Assembly: GCF_003334355.1 (NCBI RefSeq)
Contig: NZ_QOWP01000035.1
Reading direction: 5' to 3' (one strand)
DNA: 35,354 bases
From: Escherichia coli
Lineage (GTDB): Bacteria > Pseudomonadota > Gammaproteobacteria > Enterobacterales > Enterobacteriaceae
In this document: one piece after another, positions 1-10,954 of the stretch
Layout of the letters: each line of letters opens with the position of its first letter
Numbering within the stretch: position 1 is the stretch's first letter
Translations under genes and position numbers: made by a program
Notes under the pieces: model-generated
Database searches by the model: none
Told to the model about the DNA's origin: nothing
What the model saw: the letters and a program-made list of their open reading frames with translations, nothing else

Positions 1-75
1 GGAAAAACGAGTATTTTTAGTCATCCTGTTTACCTCTTTCTCAGGGAGTTTAGTCTCCAGGATTTCCGGGGCGGT

Positions 76-624
76 TCAATAATAGCTCGCGTGAAGTTCT
101 TCCCCATCGAATACCACTGTATTACACAAGAAAGTGACATCGGCATCTTCAATACCAAGATAACTGCACATATTTTTTAAATAATCGCTTATATTTTTTT
201 CCCAGCCCATCTGGACAAATGATTCTTTGTCTCCTCCAACCAGCGCCACCCAACGAACTTTATTGAATGGTAATTTGTGCCCATCTCCATAAGCCAGCCC
301 ATTATTCCATACTCTGTCAATATATCCTTTTAGCATTGCCGGGAAGCTGTACCACCAGAGAGGAAAAACCACCACTAACGTGTCATGTTCAAGCAGCTCT
401 GAATAAAGCTGATGAACCTCTGGAGAATAACGTTTATCCATATTCTTCCAGTCTGGTTCATCTTCCGGCGTCATCACTGGGTTGAAATTACGCCGATATA
501 AATCGAGTTCCGTCACCTGTATTTTCCGCTCCATTGCCCGCTGATGGATCGCATCAGCAATATGTGCGGTCAATGAATCATGACGAGGATGGGCCCATAC
601 CAAATAAATACGTTCAGACTGCAT
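76..624 (-). CDS. ycaK: NAD(P)H oxidoreductase-like flavodoxin-fold protein (KefF/MdaB family), 182 aa
   Basis: ORF track 76..624; ATG at 624 preceded by GGAGG 7 nt upstream; in-frame stop 6 codons upstream rules out N-extension; N-terminus MQSERIYLVWAHP recognised as YcaK. TGA at 76-78; C-terminal length versus reference not verifiable. Confidence 0.85.
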   Translation of the reverse strand: MQSERIYLVWAHPRHDSLTAHIADAIHQRAMERKIQVTELDLYRRNFNPVMTPEDEPDWKNMDKRYSPEVHQLYSELLEHDTLVVVFPLWWYSFPAMLKGYIDRVWNNGLAYGDGHKLPFNKVRWVALVGGDKESFVQMGWEKNISDYLKNMCSYLGIEDADVTFLCNTVVFDGEELHASYY

Positions 625-723
625 AATTTTACCTCCACGTTAAGTTCTGGAGCGCACTTTACGCAGGCGGCATAATCCTGTAAACGTGATGATTCAGGAT
701 GAGTTAATGAAGGATTTTCACTA

Positions 724-1632
724 ATGCGGATGAATATGTCTGACTTTGCCACTTTCTTTGCCGTGGCCCGTAATCAAAGCTTTCGTGCAGCGGGCGATGA
801 GTTAGGCTTATCCTCGTCCGCCATTAGCCATAGTATTAAAACACTGGAACAACGTCTTAAAATTCGCTTATTCAATCGGACAACCCGAAGCGTATCGTTA
901 ACGGAAGCGGGTTCTAATCTCTATGAACGATTGCGCCCAGCTTTCGACGAAATTCAGATCATGTTAGATGAGATGAATGATTTTCGTCTGACACCGACAG
1001 GAACGCTCAAAATCAATGCCGCCCGGGTAGCTGCACGTATATTTTTAATGTCTTTACTGGTTGGTTTCACACGTGAATATCCTGATATTAAAGTCGAGCT
1101 CACAACTGACGACTCTCTTGTCGATATCGTCCAACAGGGCTTTGACGCTGGCGTTCGACTTAGTTGCATCGTCGAAAAAGATATGATCAGCGTGGCGATC
1201 GGCCCGCCAGTGAAATTATGTGTAGCAGCAACGCCAGAGTACTTTGCAAGATATGGCAAACCCCGCCATCCTCATGATCTGCTTAATCATCAATGTGTTG
1301 TTTTTCGTTATCCCAGCGGCAAACCTTTCCACTGGCAATTTGCAAAGGAGCTGGAAATTGCTGTCGCAGGAAATATCATTCTGGATGATGTTGATGCTGA
1401 ACTGGAGGCCGTTTTGATGGGTGCTGGTATCGGGTATCTGCTCTATGAACAGATCAAGGAGTACCTTGATACTGGTCGTTTAGAATGTGTACTGGAAGAC
1501 TGGAGCACAGAGCGTCCAGGCTTCCAGATCTATTATCCAAACCGCCAGTATATGTCCTGCGGCTTGCGCGCATTTCTCGATTATGTAAAAACGGGTCAGA
1601 TCTGCCAGAGTCAGCGTCACCGACCACAATAA
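724..1632 (+). CDS. ycaN: LysR-family transcriptional regulator, 302 aa
   Basis: ORF track; N-terminal HTH (SSSAISHSIKTLEQRL) and LysR substrate-binding domain; divergent from ycaK; ATG at 724. Confidence 0.9.
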   Translation: MRMNMSDFATFFAVARNQSFRAAGDELGLSSSAISHSIKTLEQRLKIRLFNRTTRSVSLTEAGSNLYERLRPAFDEIQIMLDEMNDFRLTPTGTLKINAARVAARIFLMSLLVGFTREYPDIKVELTTDDSLVDIVQQGFDAGVRLSCIVEKDMISVAIGPPVKLCVAATPEYFARYGKPRHPHDLLNHQCVVFRYPSGKPFHWQFAKELEIAVAGNIILDDVDAELEAVLMGAGIGYLLYEQIKEYLDTGRLECVLEDWSTERPGFQIYYPNRQYMSCGLRAFLDYVKTGQICQSQRHRPQ

Positions 1633-3063
1633 TTATTTACTATTCGCTTTACGCGCCAGCAGCGGGAATATCAGTCCTAATCCTACCAGCACAAACGGCG
1701 TTGCAACATTCAGCGCCAACTGGAAGGTCCACTCTGCAGTGAAGGCTTCCATTTTCGGGAAGATCCCCGTCAAACAGGCAAAGGCGGTAAAGGCAAAACA
1801 CCAAATCCCGACGGTCATTGCCAGAGGCTTATTACGAATAAAGACATATTCTGGTTTATATTTCTGCGCCAAGCGAACGACTGCAATAAATGCAACAAAT
1901 ACCCATAAATAACGCAGCGGCATCACTACCGAATTAAGGTTCAACAGCCATTTATAGAGATTGTTCATATCACCAATGCCGAGAGTCGGCAGCATAATCA
2001 GAATCGCCACCAGTACCAGGGTCAGAAAATAGCCATTAACGGGCGTACCAGAAGCGTTGGTACGACATAAACTGGCTGGAATATATTTGCTGTCAGCATC
2101 ACCTAATAGCACTTTAAGCGGGGCATCAATCGAGAATACCAGCGCCGCTACTTGTCCCAGGGTATTCGCAATGGCGTAAATCACCATTAAAGTATTACCC
2201 ATGTTGTAATACTCGCCCAGCTTCTGAAAGGCGTAATACTGACCGTTGGTCATTAAGTCATCCGGGATATTACGCGAATCAAACATCATCCCCATCGCCA
2301 GCGAGCCCAGAATGGCACAAACCGCAACCATCACCGCCAGGCATAACATCCCTTTTGGAAATTCTTTTCCTGGGTTGCGCGTTTGATTAACGTAAGGAGA
2401 AATCTTCTCTGCTCCGCCAACCGCGAAAACCAGCATTGAAATAGTGGTAATGTAGGTAAAGTCGATATGAGGAATGAACGTTTCCCAGGTAATGTTTGTG
2501 GTCGCAATATGCACTTCAGTAATTGCAGGCGCGGTTACCGCCATCGCCACATACAGGAGCGACATAACAAACATAGCAATCCCTGCCACAGAACCGACGA
2601 TTTTCAGCGATTTCATACCGCGTGAAGCAACCCACATAAAGAAGATAAACAGCACCAGCGTTAACCCCTGTAACGCTACGACTGAATATTCTTTGATTAG
2701 CGAACCGTCGCCTTTCATCGCCCAACCGAGCGCAATCAGAATTGCCTGGGGTTTTTGTGCCAGATAGGGAATATGCACCACCCAGTAGGTCCACGCGGCG
2801 AGATAAGCCAGTCCGGGTCCCATCGTGTGTTTAATCCAGGTACTGACCCCGCCCTTCCCATCTTTGAAGGTCGAGCCTAACTGACCAACAATTAGCGCAT
2901 AAGGTGTGAAATAGAGTGCAAAGATAAACACCCATGAAAAAACAACCACCAGCCCCTGGTTGGCATAGTTATTAACAACGTTGCCAAAACCCCAGACAGT
3001 GATAAAAGACATCAGCGCAATGTTGTACCATCGCAACTGTTTTTCCTGAACATTCCCAGCCAT
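1633..3063 (-). CDS. ycaM: APC-family amino acid/polyamine transporter, 476 aa
   Basis: ORF track 1633..3255 trimmed to ATG at 3063 (MAGNVQEKQLRWYN), which has an AAGGA SD; multi-pass membrane protein; stop abuts the ycaN stop. Confidence 0.85.
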   Translation of the reverse strand: MAGNVQEKQLRWYNIALMSFITVWGFGNVVNNYANQGLVVVFSWVFIFALYFTPYALIVGQLGSTFKDGKGGVSTWIKHTMGPGLAYLAAWTYWVVHIPYLAQKPQAILIALGWAMKGDGSLIKEYSVVALQGLTLVLFIFFMWVASRGMKSLKIVGSVAGIAMFVMSLLYVAMAVTAPAITEVHIATTNITWETFIPHIDFTYITTISMLVFAVGGAEKISPYVNQTRNPGKEFPKGMLCLAVMVAVCAILGSLAMGMMFDSRNIPDDLMTNGQYYAFQKLGEYYNMGNTLMVIYAIANTLGQVAALVFSIDAPLKVLLGDADSKYIPASLCRTNASGTPVNGYFLTLVLVAILIMLPTLGIGDMNNLYKWLLNLNSVVMPLRYLWVFVAFIAVVRLAQKYKPEYVFIRNKPLAMTVGIWCFAFTAFACLTGIFPKMEAFTAEWTFQLALNVATPFVLVGLGLIFPLLARKANSK

Positions 3064-3224
3064 AGACAAATCCTTCGCCAAAATTAAAGGGGCATCTGTA
3101 AAACGAGGGATTATGCGCGGCAAATAAGAAGTGCGGAAATAGCGAAATGCAAAATTATAACCTGCTGCACATTTTATTTTTAAACGAATAAAATTTGGAA
3201 TAAAGCAAGTCAGATAGAAGAAAC

Positions 3225-3262
3225 AAAAAAGCAGAGTGTGAAACAGTAAGTTCACACTCTGC
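3225..3262 (-). terminator. Rho-independent terminator downstream of ycaD
   Basis: 12-bp inverted repeat gcagagtgtgaa (3231-3242) / ttcacactctgc (3251-3262); A6 at 3225-3230 gives a U-tract on the minus strand immediately 3' of the ycaD stop. Confidence 0.75.
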
Positions 3263-3272
3263 TTGAATTCAT

Positions 3273-4421
3273 TTACACGTGAGCAACGGGTTTCGGCGTA
3301 TGACCGGCGTTGCGCAGCAGCATCAGCAAATAGATAAACGATACGCTGGCGATCATGATAAACAATAAATTATCGGAGAAATTCTGCATTAGCATAGCGG
3401 TAAATGACGGGCCAAGCAGACTTCCCACAGTATAGCTCAACAGTAAGGCCTGGTTCATCGCCACCAGTTGATGATGTTCAACTTTCTCGCAAGCCCATGC
3501 CATCGCCACCGGATATAGCGTAAAGCCAGCGGCACCGAGGATGAATAACGCTGGGGCCATCGCCGCCTGGCTAAGCATCGCGATACTGCCGAGAATGACG
3601 ACAAAGACCTGAACACGCAACACCAGCAGTCGACCAAACTTATCCGCCAGACGTCCAATCGGCCATTGTCCAAGGATACCCGCACTGACCAGTACCGCCA
3701 TCCAGAAACCAATGCTGGCATTGCTCACCCCTTTGTGATTGAGGTACAGCGGCATCAGGCCATATAGAGATCCCAGAACGATTCCTGAGATAATGCAGCC
3801 ATTCACGCCAAGCCGCGCCTGACGGAGTTTTAGCATTGACGTAATTGACGTCGAATCATGGTTTTCAGCCTGCTGATTCAGCACACGCGTAAACAACAGC
3901 GGTAAGATCCCTGCCAACGTCAAACCTGTAACCCACGGCAATACGGACATCAGCTCGGTTGAAACTTTGCTGACCAGTAACTGGCCTAAAAACGTTCCCA
4001 CGTAATAAACCATCATATACGCAGCAAGCAAACGCCCACGGTTACGTGACGTCCCACTGCACATCAGCGCGCTCTCAACAACCACCCAAATCATGGCACA
4101 GCCGACGCCCGCGACAAAACGCCAAGCCAACCAGCTCCAGAATCCAATCATCAGGCCAAGGCCGGCACAGCCAGCGGCAAAAATGAAGGAGGCCAGATAA
4201 TAGCTGCGGTTAAAGCCAATGCGCTTAATGACATACCCTGTCAGCAATGTACCGACAAGGTTGCCGGTAAAATAGGATGAGCTGACAACGCCTACCTGCC
4301 ATGTGGACATGTGTTCCTGGGCGAGCCAAAGCGGCACGAGTGTATTTAACACCGCAATCGCCAGAGTCAACAAAAGCAGGCCAGACAGCAAAAGCATGAC
4401 AGGCCGGGTATACGTGGACAT
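3273..4421 (-). CDS. ycaD: MFS transporter, 382 aa
   Basis: ORF track; 12-TM-like hydrophobic profile; ATG at 4421; sequence recognised as YcaD. Confidence 0.9.
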   Translation of the reverse strand: MSTYTRPVMLLLSGLLLLTLAIAVLNTLVPLWLAQEHMSTWQVGVVSSSYFTGNLVGTLLTGYVIKRIGFNRSYYLASFIFAAGCAGLGLMIGFWSWLAWRFVAGVGCAMIWVVVESALMCSGTSRNRGRLLAAYMMVYYVGTFLGQLLVSKVSTELMSVLPWVTGLTLAGILPLLFTRVLNQQAENHDSTSITSMLKLRQARLGVNGCIISGIVLGSLYGLMPLYLNHKGVSNASIGFWMAVLVSAGILGQWPIGRLADKFGRLLVLRVQVFVVILGSIAMLSQAAMAPALFILGAAGFTLYPVAMAWACEKVEHHQLVAMNQALLLSYTVGSLLGPSFTAMLMQNFSDNLLFIMIASVSFIYLLMLLRNAGHTPKPVAHV

Positions 4422-4734
4422 GAATTAAAACCGTGAGGAAGTTCAAATTTCATGCGCATCATGCCACCGCCAAAAACATTGTCAATGGGTGAAAATACGC
4501 GATATCCCAGCGGCGGTATTATCGATTTATATTACTCATTCATAACGCTAATGCTGAAGAGATGATTAGTCTCATCTGATTGTTTTTATTGAACTAACAC
4601 AAATTTCATACGCTTCGTTCAGTCGAAAAATTTCATGGTCACAGCAAACTCATATTTCCCGTCTATGCTTTCAGAGCAATGCATCGCGTCTGATCGATTT
4701 CAGACGTACCACTGACTCTCGAAAGGAGAAGAGG

Positions 4735-5361
4735 ATGACCAAACCGTATGTTCGTCTTGATAAAAATGATGCTGCCGTTTTGCTTGTTGATCACCAGGCT
4801 GGTTTACTTTCCCTTGTACGGGATATCGAACCCGATAAGTTTAAAAATAACGTGCTGGCGCTGGGTGACCTGGCTAAGTATTTCAACTTACCAACTATTC
4901 TTACCACCAGTTTTGAAACCGGTCCTAACGGCCCATTAGTTCCAGAACTGAAAGCACAATTCCCCGATACACCTTACATTGCTCGCCCGGGAAATATTAA
5001 CGCCTGGGATAACGAAGATTTTGTAAAAGCAGTCAAAGCGACAGGTAAAAAACAGTTAATTATTGCCGGTGTGGTAACCGAAGTTTGCGTGGCATTCCCG
5101 GCGCTTTCAGCCATTGAAGAAGGGTTTGACGTCTTTGTCGTGACTGACGCGTCAGGGACCTTTAATGAAATTACCCGGCATTCGGCATGGGATCGCTTGT
5201 CGCAAGCTGGTGCGCAATTGATGACATGGTTCGGCGTGGCGTGCGAGCTGCATCGCGACTGGCGTAATGATATTGAAGGACTGGCGACGTTGTTCTCTAA
5301 CCACATTCCTGATTATCGTAATTTGATGACCAGTTATGACACGTTAACGAAGCAGAAATAA
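4735..5361 (+). CDS. ycaC: Isochorismatase-family hydrolase, 208 aa
   Basis: ORF track; ATG at 4735 with GGAGAAGAGG SD; isochorismatase-like sequence with conserved Cys (VTEVCVAFP). Confidence 0.9.
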   Translation: MTKPYVRLDKNDAAVLLVDHQAGLLSLVRDIEPDKFKNNVLALGDLAKYFNLPTILTTSFETGPNGPLVPELKAQFPDTPYIARPGNINAWDNEDFVKAVKATGKKQLIIAGVVTEVCVAFPALSAIEEGFDVFVVTDASGTFNEITRHSAWDRLSQAGAQLMTWFGVACELHRDWRNDIEGLATLFSNHIPDYRNLMTSYDTLTKQK

Positions 5362-5366
5362 AAGAG

Positions 5367-5388
5367 AACCGGGGCCGAAACCCCGGTT
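5367..5388. terminator. Bidirectional hairpin between convergent ycaC and dmsC
   Basis: aaccgggg-ccgaaa-ccccggtt perfect 8-bp stem, A/T-rich flanks on both sides; lies between the ycaC stop (5361) and dmsC stop (5396). Confidence 0.7.
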
Positions 5389-5395
5389 GTTATGA

Positions 5396-6259
5396 TTAGC
5401 TTGCGACGGCCATCCCCACGGTCATATGCAAACCATAGAATACGCCGCGACCGATTAATTCCCCTGCCAGAAGCAGAATGAATGATACAGAAAGTAGCGG
5501 AACCGCAGGCTGATAACCTTTTAGCTGTGGTGCAATCCACAAGCACAGGGCAACGGCCAAAAGCACGATCCGCCAGGACATCAGCGCACCATAGTCCGGC
5601 ACCAGCGCTGCGGCCTGCTGCACAGAACTATGAATAGTCGCCAGCTCTGCGCCCTGCATCACTGACACCACGCCACTCACTACCAGTGCCAGTACAGAAA
5701 TTGCTGGCAGCAGACGCATCGCCCAGCCATCGACGCCAGCCAGACTCAACAACAGGTAACCCAGTAACGGGCCGCCCATAAACATCGTCAGGAAGAAGCC
5801 CATCGGCGTCCAGATGCTGTACCAGGTCGGAACGGTATCAATGCTGTTATACACACGCACCATCATCCAGACAAAGATGACGCCAAGAACCATCGTCACT
5901 ATCAGCCACAGCGTACGCAATGCCGGTGACAGCTTTTTCAGCATTGCCAGCAACCAGCCGATGCCGCCTACGGCAAAAAAGATCGAACCGCTGGCGATTT
6001 CGTTACTGAGTGCTGAAGCCCCTACCCGGTTGAGCGAGTTAAAAGCGCGCATTGGTGAACCAAGATGGAGCATAGAGGCGATAAAGCCAATGCCCATCAG
6101 CACCCATAAACCAAACATGCAGGCGATAACACGCTGCTGGGCTTCTGCTCGCAGGTCGCCTTTGAGCAGCGCCAAAGCCAGAACGATAAAACCACCTGCT
6201 ACACATTGCCCGAAGACCGTGAAGATCATCAGCGGCCATTCATGCCATCCACTTCCCAT
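5396..6259 (-). CDS. dmsC: DMSO reductase membrane anchor subunit, 287 aa
   Basis: ORF track 5396..6322 trimmed to ATG at 6259 (MGSGWHEWPLMIFT), 1 nt after the dmsB stop; polytopic membrane protein. Confidence 0.9.
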   Translation of the reverse strand: MGSGWHEWPLMIFTVFGQCVAGGFIVLALALLKGDLRAEAQQRVIACMFGLWVLMGIGFIASMLHLGSPMRAFNSLNRVGASALSNEIASGSIFFAVGGIGWLLAMLKKLSPALRTLWLIVTMVLGVIFVWMMVRVYNSIDTVPTWYSIWTPMGFFLTMFMGGPLLGYLLLSLAGVDGWAMRLLPAISVLALVVSGVVSVMQGAELATIHSSVQQAAALVPDYGALMSWRIVLLAVALCLWIAPQLKGYQPAVPLLSVSFILLLAGELIGRGVFYGLHMTVGMAVAS

Positions 6260-6260
6260 C

Positions 6261-6878
6261 TCACACCTCCTTCGGGTTTGCCAGATAGCCAGTGGTATCC
6301 CCGGTCGGGCGGCTATTGGCATTGGGTTTGATCACAATATTCGGTTTGGTAAAGTGAGCTCGCGGCAACGGCGCAACGGCCGCCAGATCGCCATGTTTTT
6401 TACGCAGCTCGTCGATAGGGCCGAAATCCAGCGCCCGCAGCGGACAAGATTCAACACAGATCGGCTTTTTACCCTCCGCAACACGGTCATAACAACCATC
6501 GCATTTGGTCATATGGCCTTTCGTTTCGTTATATTGCGGTGCGCCATACGGGCAAGCCATATGGCAGTAGCGGCAGCCAATGCACACATCTTCATCGACC
6601 ACAACAAAACCATCTTCACGTTTATGCATCGCACCGCTCGGGCAGACTTTAGTACAAGCCGGATCTTCGCAGTGGTTGCACGAAATCGACAGATAGTAGG
6701 CAAACACGTTCTGGTGCCAGACACCGTTATCTTCCTGCCAGTCGCCGCCAGCATATTCATAAATGCGGCGGAAGCTGACTTCTGGCGTCAAATCTTTGTA
6801 GTCTTTACAAGCCAGCTCGCAGGTTTTGCAACCGGTGCAACGGCTGGAATCAATAAAAAATCCATACTGGGTTGTCAT
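6261..6878 (-). CDS. dmsB: DMSO reductase iron-sulfur subunit, 205 aa
   Basis: ORF track; four Cys clusters typical of 4x[4Fe-4S] ferredoxin (CxxCxxCxxxCP); ATG at 6878. Confidence 0.95.
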   Translation of the reverse strand: MTTQYGFFIDSSRCTGCKTCELACKDYKDLTPEVSFRRIYEYAGGDWQEDNGVWHQNVFAYYLSISCNHCEDPACTKVCPSGAMHKREDGFVVVDEDVCIGCRYCHMACPYGAPQYNETKGHMTKCDGCYDRVAEGKKPICVESCPLRALDFGPIDELRKKHGDLAAVAPLPRAHFTKPNIVIKPNANSRPTGDTTGYLANPKEV

Positions 6879-6888
6879 CGGTTACTCC

Positions 6889-9333
6889 TTACACCTTTTC
6901 AACCTGAACAAGGTTTGTATGTGACGGATTCCCCTTAGCGAGAGGAGACGGACGTTGAGTGGTCAGTACGTTAATACAACCACCCTTATCGACACGTTTT
7001 GCATCCGGGTCATACCAGGCACCTTCACCCAGTGCGACTACACCCGGCATCATTCGTGGCGTCACTTTCGCCTCAATATGAACCTCACCACGATCGTTAA
7101 AGATCCTGACTTTATCGCCGTTGTGGATACCGCGTTTTTGGGCATCAAGCGGGTTGATCCACATTTCCTGACGGCAAGCCGCTTTCAGCACATCAACGTT
7201 GCCGTAAGTTGAGTGAACGCGAGATTTATAGTGGAAACCTGTAAGCTGCAGCGGATACTGTTTGTTCAGCGGATCCTGATAACTTTCAAAGCCCGGCGTG
7301 TAGATCGGCAGTGGATCGATCACATCGCCTTCAGGCAATTCCCAGGTAGCGGCAATGTCAGCCAGCGCCTGCGAATAAATCTCAATTTTGCCCGATGGCG
7401 TAGTCAGTGGGTTTGCCTGCGGATCTTCACGGAAGGCTTTATAAGCAACGTGATGCCCTTGTGGGTCGCGCTTTTTAAAGATCCCCTGCTTGCGGAACTC
7501 TTCAAACGTTGGCAGTTCAGGAATCGCTTCCCGCGACTGGGCATACAGATGCCGCATCCACTCTTCCTGGGTACGGCCTTCAGTAAACTGTTGCTCAACG
7601 CCAAGACGTTTTGCCAGTTCGCTGGTCATTTCATAGATGGTCTTACATTCAAAGCGCGGTTTAATCACCTGATCGTTGAAAATCACGTAAGACATATTCC
7701 CGCAGGATGCATCCAGCGCAAAGTCCATCTGTTCGGAAGCGGTGCAGTCAGGCAGCAGGATGTCAGCATATTTCGCCGATGAGGTCATGTGGCAGTCGAT
7801 AACCACAATCAGCTCGCACTTCTTATCATCCTGAAGGATTTCATGGGTACGGTTGATTTCAGAATGCTGGTTAATCAGGCAGTTACCGGCATAGTTCCAG
7901 ATCATTTTGATCGGCACATCCAGCTTATCTTTCCCGCGTACACCATCACGCAGCGCCGTCATTTCCGGGCCACGTTCAATGGCATCGGTCCACATAAACA
8001 TCGAAATGCTGGTCTGGATCGGGTTTTCCAAGGTCGGCATACGGACAAACGGTAAGCTGTATGAACCTTCACGCGCGCCGCTGTTGCCTCCGTTAATACC
8101 AACGTTACCGGTCAGAATCGCCAGCATCGAGATAGCACGGGTTGCGATTTCACCGTTAGCGTGACGCTGCGGGCCCCATCCCTGGCTGATAAACGCCGGT
8201 TTGGTACTACCGATTTCACGAGCCAATTTGATGATTTTGTCTGCCGGAACACCAGTGATTTGCGAGGCCCATTCCGGCGTTTTAGCCACGCCATCTGGCC
8301 CTTCACCCAGAATATAAGCTTTATAGTGGCCATTTTTCGGCGCACTGGCTGGCAGGGTTTTCTCATCGTAGCCAACGCAATATTTATCGAGGAATGCCTG
8401 ATCCACCAGGTTTTCAGTGATCATGACGTACGCCAGACCGTTAACCAGTGCGGCATCTGTTCCCGGACGAATAGGGATCCACTCATCTTCGCGCCCGGCA
8501 CCGGTGTCGGTATAGCGCGGATCGATGATGATCATGCGGGCATTAGATTTCTGGCGTGCCTGTTCAAGATAGTAAGTCACCCCACCGCCACTCATTCGCG
8601 TTTCGCCAGGGTTATTACCAAACAGCACTACCAGCTTACTGTTTTCGATATCCGACGGGCTGTTGCCATCTGCCCAGCCGCCGTAGGTATAGTTCAAACC
8701 TTCCGCAATTTGCGCGGAGGAGTAGTCGCCGTAATGGTTCAGATAGCCGCCGCAGCAGTTCATCAGCCGCGCGACCAGGGTATTTCCCGGCGGCCAGGAG
8801 CGGGTCATGGTGCCGCCCAGCGTACCGGTGCCATAGTTCAGATAGATAGACTCGTTGCCGTACTCTTTGATCAGGCGCTGCATATTGGTCGCGATGATGT
8901 CGTAGGCTTCTTCCCAGCTAATGCGCTCGAATTTGCCTTCACCGCGCGCCCCGACTCGTTTCATCGGATATTTCAGGCGGTCCGGATTGTAGACACGGCG
9001 ACGCATGGAACGCCCACGCAGGCAGGCGCGAACCTGGTGCAGGCCGTCGTAATTGTCATCGCCGGTATTGTCCGTTTCGACATATTTGATTTCACCGTCC
9101 ACGACGTGCATACGTAGCGGGCAACGACTACCACAGTTAACTGTACAGGCGCTCCAGATAACCTTTTCGTCTGATTTTGTTGGAATGGCGCTATCGACAG
9201 CGTGCGCAATCCGACTAAAAGGTAATGTTAATGCGCTGCTGGCCATTGCCAGGCCGCCGATCGCTGTCGTTTTTACCAAACCACGGCGACTCACCTCAGC
9301 AGCCAATACCGCATCAGGGATTTTCGTTTTCAT
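6889..9333 (-). CDS. dmsA: DMSO reductase catalytic molybdopterin subunit, 814 aa
   Basis: ORF track; twin-arginine signal (SRRGLVK) at N-terminus; molybdopterin oxidoreductase sequence; ATG at 9333. Confidence 0.95.
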   Translation of the reverse strand: MKTKIPDAVLAAEVSRRGLVKTTAIGGLAMASSALTLPFSRIAHAVDSAIPTKSDEKVIWSACTVNCGSRCPLRMHVVDGEIKYVETDNTGDDNYDGLHQVRACLRGRSMRRRVYNPDRLKYPMKRVGARGEGKFERISWEEAYDIIATNMQRLIKEYGNESIYLNYGTGTLGGTMTRSWPPGNTLVARLMNCCGGYLNHYGDYSSAQIAEGLNYTYGGWADGNSPSDIENSKLVVLFGNNPGETRMSGGGVTYYLEQARQKSNARMIIIDPRYTDTGAGREDEWIPIRPGTDAALVNGLAYVMITENLVDQAFLDKYCVGYDEKTLPASAPKNGHYKAYILGEGPDGVAKTPEWASQITGVPADKIIKLAREIGSTKPAFISQGWGPQRHANGEIATRAISMLAILTGNVGINGGNSGAREGSYSLPFVRMPTLENPIQTSISMFMWTDAIERGPEMTALRDGVRGKDKLDVPIKMIWNYAGNCLINQHSEINRTHEILQDDKKCELIVVIDCHMTSSAKYADILLPDCTASEQMDFALDASCGNMSYVIFNDQVIKPRFECKTIYEMTSELAKRLGVEQQFTEGRTQEEWMRHLYAQSREAIPELPTFEEFRKQGIFKKRDPQGHHVAYKAFREDPQANPLTTPSGKIEIYSQALADIAATWELPEGDVIDPLPIYTPGFESYQDPLNKQYPLQLTGFHYKSRVHSTYGNVDVLKAACRQEMWINPLDAQKRGIHNGDKVRIFNDRGEVHIEAKVTPRMMPGVVALGEGAWYDPDAKRVDKGGCINVLTTQRPSPLAKGNPSHTNLVQVEKV

Positions 9334-9503
9334 AATGGCTCACTCAAGCTTGCTCACGATTGATTCCAGTAACAAACCGTATTGTGTAATTATTTCTATA
9401 GCAGCTCGCTATATAGGCTTGTATACATCGAATAATTTGAAAATCAAAGAGATAGGTAGATTTTCACTCGAAAGTAGTATTACGTGTAAGTGAGGAGTAA
9501 TTA

Positions 9504-9517
9504 TTGTTCGGTATCAA
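9504..9517 (-). promoter_or_regulatory. FNR box of the dmsA promoter (TTGAT-N4-AACAA on minus strand)
   Basis: Plus strand ttgttcggtatcaa = minus TTGATaccgAACAA, close to the FNR consensus TTGAT-N4-ATCAA; about 170 bp upstream of dmsA ATG; dmsABC is a known FNR-activated anaerobic operon. Confidence 0.6.
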
Positions 9518-9525
9518 AGGGAGAC

Positions 9526-9551
9526 AAAAAAAGCGCCCGCAGGCGCTTTTT
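9526..9551 (-). terminator. Rho-independent terminator downstream of serS
   Basis: aagcgcc-cgca-ggcgctt hairpin flanked by A6 and T5; on the minus strand the hairpin is followed by a U-run, 21 bp after the serS stop. Confidence 0.75.
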
Positions 9552-9571
9552 AGATTCAGAAAAATTGGGTA

Positions 9572-10885
<1,314 letters not shown>

Positions 10886-10954
10886 TTAAATGGGAGATGT
10901 GGCCACAGCCTGCGACCACAGGGATACAGTAACAACATTACCGCAACGATAACA

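Noticed and set aside
5814-6938. 374-aa plus-strand ORF antisense to dmsC/dmsB
   Set aside because: Entirely overlaps two well-supported minus-strand genes; no SD and low-complexity Arg/Ser-rich translation. Long antisense ORFs at 8161-9117 (in dmsA), 14476-15219 (in ftsK) and 10350-10889 (in serS) are rejected for the same reason.
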